NCBI GenBank assembly: GCA_964234715.1 | Contig: OZ174282.1 | DNA: 64,000 nucleotides | Strand: one strand, 5' to 3' | From: Podarcis melisellensis | Lineage: Eukaryota | Shown: piece after piece, positions 37,603 through 48,383 of the stretch | Layout: the number at the start of each line of letters is the position of its first letter | Numbering within the stretch: the first letter of the stretch is position 1 | Program-made: the position numbers and the translations under genes | The notes under the pieces: generated by a model | Database searches by the model: none | Told to the model about the DNA's origin: nothing | What the model saw: the letters and a program-made list of their open reading frames with translations, nothing else

Positions 37603-40600
37603 GCAACTGAATCCAAAACTGTATATATTTGATCCCAACTCATAGTTATTTCCAGTATGAAAAGTGACATAAAATCTGGTTTTCTGGAAGAGATGCTACC
37701 TCATATTCCTGCAAAAGCTTTTCAAAAGGCAAGATGCCAGGTCATGTCTTGCAAAGGCTTCACTTTGAATTACATCCTATTCCCAAAGCACCTTTTATTT
37801 CTGATGATGCTGAGGATACCCAATTATGAAGTCGGTCTTGGTTTGATGGGCAGGGTTTTGACTTGCTCATTTTTAATGACAACAGTGTGATTTACCCAAA
37901 ATCCATGTTTTTACCTGCTGGTGTTAGTTTCTCTTCGTCATGAAAAATTAACAGCAGCCCTGATGGATCAGACCAAAGACCCATCTGGTCTCCCATCCTG
38001 CTTCCAACAATAAGATGCAGAGTGTTGAAGCAAAAGGATTGTGAGAGGATAAAGAGGAATAACCCCACCCCAAATCCATAATTACCACCCTCAGCTCATT
38101 GTAGAAAAGGTGAAATACAATTATAATTCATAATTATAGCTGTCCCCATTGTTTTTCTCCTCACGGTGCATATTCAAAGGCATACTACCTCTAGAGCTGG
38201 GCTTTTCATTTAGTTAGCATGGCTAATAGCAATCAATAAAATAGCATTCATGAAAAAATGATGAGATAGTCCAAGATTAAAATAAAGTTATTAGGATACT
38301 AGTCATTTTATTTATATAGCAGAGAACTGAGGGCACTGGACACTTCAACTAGGCAGTTTGAACACAACCTGTAAAAGGTTCTCTGATGCTCCTGAACTCA
38401 ACAGGATAATTCTCCCGTTGTAATCACAACAACAATAGTAATATAATCCTGTTTGGTGCTAAACACCTGCTTTGTGCAGCACTCTTACCAACCAGCTGGC
38501 TGGGCAAGCCCTGCCCTTTTGGTCAAGCCCCACCTTTACATGTATGACATCAGGTTTGGCCCATGGGCTGGAGGTTCCCCACTCCTAATCTAGAGATACA
38601 GAAATTAATCTCAGGATCTGAACTTCTATTGCCTTGCCTCAGGTAACAGTGCAACCCTGTAAAAAGCTGAAGGCAGTCCTGAACACAAAATGTAAATGAA
38701 TGTTAACGTACTGTAAAATAAACACCAGAAATACACGGAATAATGAGAAACACGGTAAGGCTGCATTAAAGTGCAGAAGGAGAAGCAGCCACACCGAAGT
38801 GCTGGTGTTAGTTGGCAACTTTGTTATTGTTGAGTTTGAGACTGGGAAAATGAAAAGAATAAGTGATATTCATTGGCATGAAATCACCTTTTTTTTAAAA
38901 TGGGGGCTTCTGTGACATTTGTCTTTCCTGCAATTGATCAATGTTGGGATAAAAAAAGAAGAAGCATTAGATTATTGTAATGAACACTGCAACTTCCCAC
39001 ATGGCCTTGATACTGATCAGCAACTTGTGAATGCATGCACAGGGTCTTGCACTGGGGGCATTTATTTCTGGGTGTGTTTTTCCGCATGTTACATTGGTCA
39101 CATTATATTGTCCACACATAATTTGCCAGAAAGGCTTTTCAACACAGTTTCCAATAACCATTACGATACATTTGACACTTGCCCATGAAACGTTAGCTCT
39201 GAATGCCAATTGCAGATGGAGAAAAATTGATTCATACTTTTATAGAAAACAAATATCCAAGTTACAGATAAATTCTTGATGGTGTAAAACTGTTACATTA
39301 GTGACATCTTTTAAAACGCAATTAAGAATGAAGCGTCTAAACTTCCTACGGTATACTTCTGTGTTACCGGTATATGTTAACTGAAGCTAAATGATTTTAA
39401 CTGAAACACAAAATATTATGTAAAGAAGTTTACAAATGTTACATTGGTCAGCATAGAACTACCCTATAACATTGTTATATAACAACAGGAAGGCTTTTTT
39501 TCTTTTCTTTTAAAAGCTAACCTGTTGTGATGGTTGCTTTTAAGATTACTGTAGCAGGGGGAGGGGACTTTTTTATTTGGCCCCCTTACCCTGTTGATTC
39601 CTAAACTCACATGTAGTTCCCTACATTCCCCCCTCAATGCTTTGTTGTTAAGGCTGAAATGCCCTGTCACTCTAGCTTCTCTCAATTCTAGTAAGAGGGT
39701 CCAATTTCAAGAAGGATATATCTGTCCAGCTTGCACTCCCAAATAACTCAGCTCATGACAGAATGCAAACATCAGCAAGTGTGAACTAGATTCTAAGTAG
39801 ATTCCAATTAGAAGTGATTAAAGGGATTAAGTGCTATGTAGCTTTCTTTGGGAGCACAGAAGTCTAATTCAGTTTAAGCCTGGTTAAATCTACACTTTTC
39901 TCTCCTTTTGTCTCTCCATTTGAACCTACATGTTTGGTTTAAACGTTTTCCATTTTTTTATCTCCTGGCATGAAGGTTCTCCAAAAGCAGGCAAGAATTA
40001 TTGCAACTTGAAGGATCCATGTGGCAAGTGTGTCTCTGTATTATGCCTCTGTGAAGCCATGTTTCCCTTTGAATAATGAAGGCTGAGAACCAGACTTCTA
40101 CAGAATAAGTGATGCTGTGCCTTCTGTTTCATTTAACTGAACTAAGGCTGTGTAAAACCTCTTCTTTACTTGCACAGATATTTCCACTTTCCCACACACC
40201 GGGTTGTATCCAATGCAGCACTAAGTCAAAGTCACTCCAGCAGAGAGTTTGCGCAATCTGTTGCACAATGAATTCCCATCAGCACAACTGTTGCATTGGA
40301 ATCCTCTGTGGTGCAATGTTAAAACTCATCCTAGCACAAAAGCCCTTGCACTTCTGGACAGAGAATGTTGGATACAGGATAACGAAATTACGTGTTCATT
40401 CAAAATACTTATCCCCAGAAGGATTTTCAGTTAAATTCACTGTTTCACCCTGAATTTGTACAATCTGCTATCGTGAATCATGTTTTCCATTAAACTGCAC
40501 AAGTGCCATCTGCATGTGAAACTGGCTAAATTCTGAAAAATATTCTCATTCACAAACAGAGAGACAGCAGTATAAATGAATGCACATTTTATTCCTGTTG

Positions 40601-41344
40601 CACTTCACATATGGAAGTAACTTAATGGTGCAAATTAACATCAAAATTCCTCATGTATACTCAGAAGTGGTCCCACCTACTTCCAATAAGACGTACTCCC
40701 TAGTGAATGTATTTGTGATTGAAGCCTACATCACAACTTTTACATGTAGATTTGGTGATAATGGATTGTATCCAACAAAGTGTTAACTCAGATCAATGAA
40801 CCTACATGTCCATTACCTTAAAATGGTCTGCTCTGAATTGGACTAGCATTTCAGAAAACCCAATGTTCACAAACTTGCTGTTTCTTTGGGGCATTATCCA
40901 AGACTGAAATAAATTCACTTCAGAATCTGAGATCACAGGTATTCACAGAATCCATAACTTAACGGAAATACCTCTTAAGTATTTATTTGAAGATAAATAC
41001 AATCTATATTGTGAAAAACAAAAACAGACTAATAAGCTGCTTCTTTGCAGGAGATGTTATTGTCCCAAACAGGTCCTCATTAACCATAGAACAGAATTAT
41101 TTATTATTTTGATGCCATGATAACTTACTTGCACTAACGACATTCTAAAGTTTTTAACATGAATAGTGTAAAATAAATATATATTTAATGTGGGTTAATA
41201 CCTCAAGTTATATATAAAGCTATGGATGTGGCAATCCTAGCCACATTGTAGGAGGGAGAGGAGAGTGTCTAGTGATTGCTTAAAAACCAATAAAGTGCAC
41301 CGTGAACCACAGAACATCAATTTATTACAGTACTTTTTTTTTAT

Positions 41345-41745
41345 TTAACAAAATTTATATATACTGCTTGCTTGTCATAAGACCTCTAAGTGATTTACAA
41401 AATGCAAACAATTAAAATTGTAAATAAAATGCAGTTTAAAATAAATGGTAAGCTAAAAAGAGATTGAAACATATGTGAATTTCTACATTTCTGGATAGTC
41501 TTGCCTAAACTAAAAAGACTACAGCAAAAATGCCTGCCTGGTGTCAATAGGCAGGGAGTTCCAAAGTACAGGTGCTGCCACACTAAAATGTCCATTTCTA
41601 ACAACTGTGGAATTACTTATTATGTGGCACCTGCAACAGTGCCAGTTCTGTTCGAAGCTGCCGAGTGAGTGGTTAAGGTAATTCGGCAAGTAAACTTGTC
41701 CCAAGCTGTTAAAAGGCCCTATATACCGATTGCAATACCTTGAAC
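41345..41745 (-). mobile_element. L2 LINE 3' fragment
   Basis: ORF 41519..41749 contains FSVAAPVLWNSLP, the L2 ORF2 C-terminal motif. Confidence 0.75.
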
Positions 41746-43816
41746 ACACTGTGTACTAGTGTGTTAAGTCAGGTCTGTTCATTATGTATACCATCTGAAC
41801 TTGAAGGAAAACTAAGGAAGGATGAACAAAGACCAGCTCAGGACTTTCAGCAGTTTCCAATGGATTTGCCTATCAAACCTCTTGCTCCTCTCCTACTACT
41901 GCCCCTGCACCTTACACAGCTTCTCAGTAGCTGCTGCCACCACCCAAGCCAGGTGGTACTTGCAACTGTTACATATGATGACTTTTTAATATGTTAATAT
42001 TGATGGTAGTGTTCTTACGATATATAATTTAATTGTAAGCCCCACCTTGGAAAAGATTTATATCCTGGAATGTGGGGCATAAATAATTGCCACAAATAAA
42101 GTCTTTAGATTGAGTGTCACATGCAAACATACATCATGCATGCATAAGCATTTTATGGGTGCCATCAGACTGGTTTACATGAAGTTGTTATTTTTAGTAA
42201 TGACGTGGGGGCCCCTCAATGCAGAGTGTCGTAAAACAGGATGGCAGCCAAGACTGGGAAGGTGACAGCCACTGGGGAAAAAGACTATGTACCAGACTCA
42301 ACTCACCTGCCCACTAGCGGAGGCCAGCATAAGAACTCTCATTAGTACAACAGGGTTTTCCTCCCCTTGTGCACAAAAAAAACATTCCCTGGAGAGTTGG
42401 GAAGACCCCCCAGAACACCATGTGGGGGGTGGGAGGAGAATAGGGAAGAATGTTCTATCAGATAAGCAGAATTTACTGTGCCGACAAAATCAACTCCTTA
42501 ACGCTATGTTGAATTCCACCCAATGGATGCAAGAGGCGATATCAGAGGGATCAGGAAGTGCTAATTTAGTGGCCTTCTTGAATTATGTTTTTTTAATTGT
42601 ATACCACCATTAAGTTTTAGTAAAGCAGGAATGCAAGATATGTGGAGTTGCAAATGTATCGTGTTGATATGCTCATCAGAGAATTAAATTATTGTGGCTT
42701 GCTGCAACAGTTCTCATATATACTGTATATATATGGCAAAGAGTTGAACAGAACTTGAAAAAGAAGCCAGCTCACATACTACAAGCACATGTGAATAAGC
42801 TATAGGGAAAGGGAAATAAACTGTTTAAACCCATGACAAGAGTTCTAAATACATAAGTAGAAGAAATCACCTAACTCATTACTTTAAGTATAAACATATT
42901 AGTAGTTATCAATAGTGTGGCTGTGAACTTTAACATGTAGGCCAACCTTTCACAACTTGGTGCTCTCCAGTTGCTTTAGACTGCAACGCCCAACAATCTT
43001 GAAAGCACAGCCAATGGTTAAGGATTATGGGAGTTGTAGTCCAACACAGATGTGGGGCAGCAGGTTGGAGAAGGCTGGAATAAACCCTGAGGCAGAGACA
43101 ATTAGGAATGCTAAAAGAAGTGAAATGGGTTTATTTATTTCAGTGTTACCCTGCCTTATCAACATGATGCACAAGAGGTTTGAATAATTAAATCAAATCA
43201 TGGATTTAAAGGTGCTGTTCTAGGACCAGAGTAAATTCAAGACAGGAAATTTGATGGATGTGGGAACAAGTTCTATGTACTAAGATATAGAATATGTAAA
43301 CCAAGTAGGAAAGACAGACAGAATACCCCTTTCTAACTTCAAGAACCCTAGAGACATTTTTAGTTATAAACCAATCACAGGAAGGGCCAGTAGATTCTGT
43401 TTTGGATCAAAGCAACCAGTAAATGTGCTCACTGACTCTCCCTCACACACATACACATACAGTTAATGGGTGATCAGCTCCTGAAATATAGCATTGTTCA
43501 GCTTGCAGTATCTGTCCTCAGCCCAAACATGTCTTCCGTTCTCAACAACAAAGAATTATAATAGTGTCTGATGCATCCTTGCCTTGAACATTACTTATGT
43601 ATATGCATTGTAAATGTGGAATAGTGTCCTATAAATGCTCAGGGCTGCCTTCACTTTAGTGAGAGTTAACATGCATAAATAAAGAAGATACGAGGCCCCC
43701 TAAAGCAAGATGTTGAAATCCACCACAGTATTCCCCCATTATTCTCTAACATCCCAATAGCACCCTATAAAGCAGCAAAGATAGCACCACAGTCCCTAGG
43801 CAAGGGATACACACAC

Positions 43817-43818
<2 letters not shown>

Positions 43819-43872
<54 letters not shown>
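43819..43872. repeat. (TA)n microsatellite, left flank of the Penelope element
   Basis: Directly visible. Confidence 0.95.
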
Positions 43873-43875
<3 letters not shown>

Positions 43876-43920
43876 GGTTTTGGTGTCCTCGGGTGTCTTC
43901 CCGTGTAAAAGTTGGGGTGT

Positions 43921-43970
43921 CTAGGCGACGTTTCGACGAGGTCTCACTCGTCATCTTCAGGCTGGTGCTT
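43921..43970 (-). ncRNA. Minimal (helix-III-less) hammerhead ribozyme motif in the 3' pseudo-LTR
   Basis: Reverse complement of 45531-45580: CUGAAGA-U-GACGAG-ugagac-CUCGUC-GAAA-C-GUC. Confidence 0.8.
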
Positions 43971-45335
43971 TCGGCTTCTTGTTACTGGAACAGAGCAGGA
44001 TCTCAGTGTTTGCGTTCCTATAAATACTGTTGAGGGGGTGTGGTGTATAGCCTCCAATGTTCTGGGCAGAGAGGAAGTTCCCAGGCTAGTGTGCCTTTTC
44101 TTCTTTTGTTCCTTAATTACTTGAGGGATATCTTGAGTGATTTCTTGAGTGATATCCTGAGTACCACTTAGGTGGGTCATTAGGTGTGGATTAGTTGCTA
44201 AAGTCTTTGTGTCTTGACCTCTTGAACTTTGTGAAGAGTTTTTCTGAGAAGATGGCTGTACTGCACTTAGTTGTGCTCTGGCTTGGCTTCGTGTATAGGG
44301 GCGAGCTGTGGTTTTGTGGCCTGTGTCAGCCAGATCTGTGTAGGGATTGCAGGGGGGTGCAGCATCCGGAGGTGCCACCATGGTTTGGCTACTGGATGGT
44401 GTCTGTAATTTATCTGTGGAGAGGGTCTGGGTTTGGGTCTGGTGTGGTTGATTGGTGATAGCGTTCTGTGTGCCTCTGGATCTGGTGTCAGTTTTTGTGG
44501 GGAGGGCTAATTTCCAGATGTCTGGCAAGCGGGATGTGTCGTCACGCTTGTTCATGTTGTGAGGGTGTTTCTCTATCTCGATGGCTTCCATGATTATTCT
44601 CTTGTGGTGATGTTCCATGTTAAAGAGCAATTTGGAATCTGCAAAATTAATTTCGTGTCCTGTTTCTTTCATGTGTTGGAAAAGAGAGGAAGTTTTTTCT
44701 TCTTTTTTGACGGCATTCTTGTGTTCTGCGATACGTGCATTTATTCGTCTGTTTGTTTGTCCAATGTACGTGGCTGGGCAGACTTTGCAGGGTATTTCAT
44801 AGACCCCTTGGTTTTCCAACTGGATTTTATCCTTGGGGTTTCTGAGGATATTGGCTATTTTTTGGTTGGTGCAAAAGGCTGTTTTGATATTGTGTTTATG
44901 GAGGATTTTGCTAATTTTATCTGTAGCGCCCTTGATATAAGGAAGGAGGGCCATGCCATTGTTTTCTTCTGTGTCTTGGTTTTTGGGGGGTGTTTCTTTT
45001 TGGATTAGCTTCGTAACCCTGTTTTGCTGGTATCCATTGGCAATTAACACATTTGAGAGATTCTGTAACTCAGTTGTCAAGTGGTCTTTGTCAGCCAGGC
45101 GTTTGGTTCTGGAGATGAGAGTCTTGGCTACGGAGTTTATTTGTGCAGGGTGGTGGTGTGATTGTGCATGTAAGTAGCGGTTGGTGTGTGTTTTTTTCCG
45201 GTAGATAGTGTGTCCTAGGGAGCCATCAGGTTTTTTGTAGATTAGGACGTCAAGGAAGGGAAGTTGGTTGTTGGCTTCTATTTCCATAGTGAATTGTATT
45301 TTGGGGTGTAGGCTGTTGAGATGTGTGAGGAAGCT
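43944..45335 (-). CDS. Penelope RT-thumb + GIY-YIG endonuclease + low-complexity C-terminal extension (N-terminally truncated)
   Basis: Stop-free frame of track ORF 43944..45461. The first ~42 aa come from the inverted pLTR and begin at GTG, so they are not native. Confidence 0.85.
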   Translation of the reverse strand, partial: SFLTHLNSLHPKIQFTMEIEANNQLPFLDVLIYKKPDGSLGHTIYRKKTHTNRYLHAQSHHHPAQINSVAKTLISRTKRLADKDHLTTELQNLSNVLIANGYQQNRVTKLIQKETPPKNQDTEENNGMALLPYIKGATDKISKILHKHNIKTAFCTNQKIANILRNPKDKIQLENQGVYEIPCKVCPATYIGQTNRRINARIAEHKNAVKKEEKTSSLFQHMKETGHEINFADSKLLFNMEHHHKRIIMEAIEIEKHPHNMNKRDDTSRLPDIWKLALPTKTDTRSRGTQNAITNQPHQTQTQTLSTDKLQTPSSSQTMVAPPDAAPPCNPYTDLADTGHKTTARPYTRSQARAQLSAVQPSSQKNSSQSSRGQDTKTLATNPHLMTHLSGTQDITQEITQDIPQVIKEQKKKRHTSLGTSSLPRTLEAIHHTPSTVFIGTQTLRSCSVPVTRSRKHQPEDDE

Positions 45336-45530
45336 ATCACTCAGGATATCACTCAAGAAATCACTCAAGATATCCCTCAAGTAATTAAGGAACAAAAGAA
45401 GAAAAGGCACACTAGCCTGGGAACTTCCTCTCTGCCCAGAACATTGGAGGCTATACACCACACCCCCTCAACAGTATTTATAGGAACGCAAACACTGAGA
45501 TCCTGCTCTGTTCCAGTAACAAGAAGCCGA

Positions 45531-45580
45531 AAGCACCAGCCTGAAGATGACGAGTGAGACCTCGTCGAAACGTCGCCTAG
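45531..45580 (+). ncRNA. Minimal hammerhead ribozyme motif in the inverted pseudo-LTR
   Basis: CTGAAGA 45541-47; 6-bp stem II GACGAG 45549-54 / CTCGTC 45561-66; GAAA 45567-70; GTC cleavage triplet 45572-74; ACGT palindrome replaces helix III; helix I short and imperfect. Confidence 0.8.
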
Positions 45581-45657
45581 ACACCCCAACTTTTACACGG
45601 GAAGACACCCGAGGACACCAAAACCTGCATTCCTGTACCCGTGAAAATCTACGAAAG

Positions 45658-45660
<3 letters not shown>

Positions 45661-45710
<50 letters not shown>
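45661..45710. repeat. (TA)n microsatellite, right flank of the Penelope element
   Basis: Directly visible. Confidence 0.95.
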
Positions 45711-45713
<3 letters not shown>

Positions 45714-47082
45714 ATACATGCTATATAATATAATATATATATATGCTCCAGCTCTGCTCCTCAGTGCACAGGAGCTTGCCTTTCTTTATGCTTTCTTACA
45801 ACATTTTTCTGAGATCCCCAATAGGTCTCCCCGGGAAGAAAGTGGGCAGATCCTAGCACTAAAGCTGTTGCCCATCAGCACACATCTTGTTGAAATCTGC
45901 CCAACAGCTGTGTTTCTAAAACCCTCTGCCATATTTGTACTATAAGCTAACCAGCTGGTGAGGTGCCAGCAAGTACCCCAAATACCTAGTTCCCTTGTCT
46001 CAAGGCTACTTGCTGTATTGATCCTGCCTGGTTTCCTTCAGTTTCCAAGTAAAACCAGTAAGAAAATATTTCTACACATTTTTTCTCCCTGTACCATTTT
46101 AATCTTGCTTGCATTAATCTGTGATTCACATATTTCCTTTCCTGCTTAGGGGAGATGATTATACTGTTGACGATCACTTGAATTTATTTATCACTTTATA
46201 CAAAATATGTCTCAGAGCTACTTATATGTCTTGCACTTTACGGATTGGCTCCATAACCAGTCAATTAGATCATGACCTCACCTGAAGCAGTTTGTCAGTG
46301 GTGCCTGAGTCACCTTTTGGAGAAAGAAAATGAGAAAAGAGTGGGATAGACAGACAGACAGAAACTAGACCGAATGCAGGTAAAAATGTTATACTACTAA
46401 AAAATTAAAGTCCCCTCTATGTTGCTGGTTGAGTTAAAAATGGGTCCTGATTCAAGACTTTACCCAAAAAGCTTCTTGCCATACCATAAGAAAAGGTAAA
46501 AATTAACCTGACATGCAACTGCAAAAGACTAACATGCACTTGACTAGTATCGTTTGTGACTCCTCCTCACCACCCCCACCACCCCCACCCCCGCCGCCCA
46601 GCTTGGAAGAGTAGGTTAACACAGATAAATTTATCAGGTAAAGCTTTTGCTGGCACTTGAATAAAGTGATCACAAAAGTGCCACCAGGTTGCATTGGTGT
46701 TAATAGCACAGGGGCAGAAAAAAGGAGGCAACTGTGAAATTACTTTTTTATATAAAAAAGAAGATAGAGTAAGCACATAGCTAACTGGAAAGGAGAAGCC
46801 CCATATTTTACTCAACATGAACCTCACATAATTTATTATGGCCTTGAAGGAAAGGCAATGGGATTGCCAGAACCTGATCTCTCATATTCCGACCTGCATA
46901 TCTTTCAATAACAAAAACAAAACAATAAAAGATACCCATGATCTTTGTAGCCAATCAAATTACACTCCTGTCTCTTTAATAACCAAATCCATGTGTGCAT
47001 TAACAGTGTTGAAAATTCAATTTAAACTCTTTGTCTGTTGCTGCTTACTCTAAAGATGGTCTTTCTTAAACAACAGAGCACC

Positions 47083-47358
47083 NNNNNNNNNNNNNNNNNN
47101 NNNNNNNNNNNNNNNNNNNNNNNNNNNNNNNNNNNNNNNNNNNNNNNNNNNNNNNNNNNNNNNNNNNNNNNNNNNNNNNNNNNNNNNNNNNNNNNNNNNN
47201 NNNNNNNNNNNNNNNNNNNNNNNNNNNNNNNNNNNNNNNNNNNNNNNNNNNNNNNNNNNNNNNNNNNNNNNNNNNNNNNNNNNNNNNNNNNNNNNNNNNN
47301 NNNNNNNNNNNNNNNNNNNNNNNNNNNNNNNNNNNNNNNNNNNNNNNNNNNNNNNNNN
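47083..47358. other. N-run (276 nt)
   Basis: Directly visible. Confidence 0.99.
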
Positions 47359-48278
47359 GCTTAAAAAAAATGACAAGATATTTTGAAGCATTTTTGTCCT
47401 TGATCAACATATATCCTAAAGAGGAACTTGCACTAGGAGTAACATGGTTTCTCTAAATTTACAGTCGAACAGTACACTTCCAAGGAATGTATTTTTTTTT
47501 CCCCTGTGAGATAAAAGTATCTGATTGTTTTAAAGAACTATTCAGCTGGCTAATTGTTCCATAGCTAACACATGGTATTCAGACAACCCACACATTACAA
47601 AAGCTCATCTGGGTAATAATGGGCCACTATTATTGCAAATAGCTTACACTTTTCTAATACAAATGAATAGATTTTTTATCAAAATTTTACAAAAAAAAAA
47701 AATCTAAGCGAGGATATGTGTGACAAATAGATGGTATGAATTGGCAAGGCACGGCTAAGCATTTTGTTCTCTTAATAGGAAATGACCTCATTTACACTGG
47801 AGTAATAATTAGTACTGCTTCGCTGACAGTTAAGAAAAAAAAAGTTTCCCAGTATAATAAGGAACCATCTCCTTTGTTAAGGCCGCTACATTGATTATTA
47901 ACCCTTGCCAAGAAAGCTCAAAATTCAACACTGCATTGTGCAGGCTAATGTTACAGCAAAGGTATTTAAAACATAGTTGTAGGGTAAATAAAGAACTCAG
48001 TGTTGATGCCAGTAAGTAACTGGCCAAACTCCTCAGTGCAATCCTATGGCCTTTTTCTTGCCTTGCTGAACAAATACGGGAACAGAAGGTGCACAGGTTA
48101 AGATTGACTCTTAAGCCATTCATGCCCCTGTACTGCTCCAATGCCTCCATAGGAGAAATTGTTTTCCATAGTCCATCAAGGACACACATCTGCCTTGGAA
48201 TGTTGTGCCCTTTCAATCTGGCACTTCAGTGCTAAGCCGGAAGACGGCCTTATTAATCTCTAACTAATTAGGGGGATC

Positions 48279-48383
48279 TTTGACCAAACTGCGGGAGGCA
48301 GTGGAAGACAGAAGTGCCTGGCGTGCTCTGGTCCATGGGGTTACGAAGAGTCGGACACGACTAAACGACTAGACAACAACAAC
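48279..48383 (+). mobile_element. BovB (RTE) LINE extreme 3' end
   Basis: tggcgtgctctggtccatggggttacgaagagtcggacacgact plus (CAA)n tail; 13-bp TSD aattagggggatc at 48266-48278 and 48384-48396. Confidence 0.9.

Larger units (their letters stand above)
43871..45660 (-). mobile_element. Penelope-like retroelement (Penelope/Poseidon type), 5'-truncated, with inverted pseudo-LTRs
   Basis: RT palm-end/thumb (FLTHLNSLHPKIQFTMEIE…LPFLDVLI…YRKKTHTNRYL) plus GIY-YIG endonuclease (GVYEIPCKVCPATYIGQT…RIAEH…EAIEI…N); no Neptune-type Cys-rich linker; inverted repeats 43871-44162 / 45339-45630; extra 30-nt tail 45631-45660. Confidence 0.93.

Noticed and set aside
45336-45461. N-terminal 42 aa of the 505-aa track ORF as a native start
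   Set aside because: Starts at GTG inside the inverted pseudo-LTR; it is a junction read-through and the RT catalytic core is missing.
44195-45945. Plus-strand ORFs across the Penelope element
   Set aside because: Antisense shadows of the real ORF, the duplicated pLTR, or (TA)n read-through.
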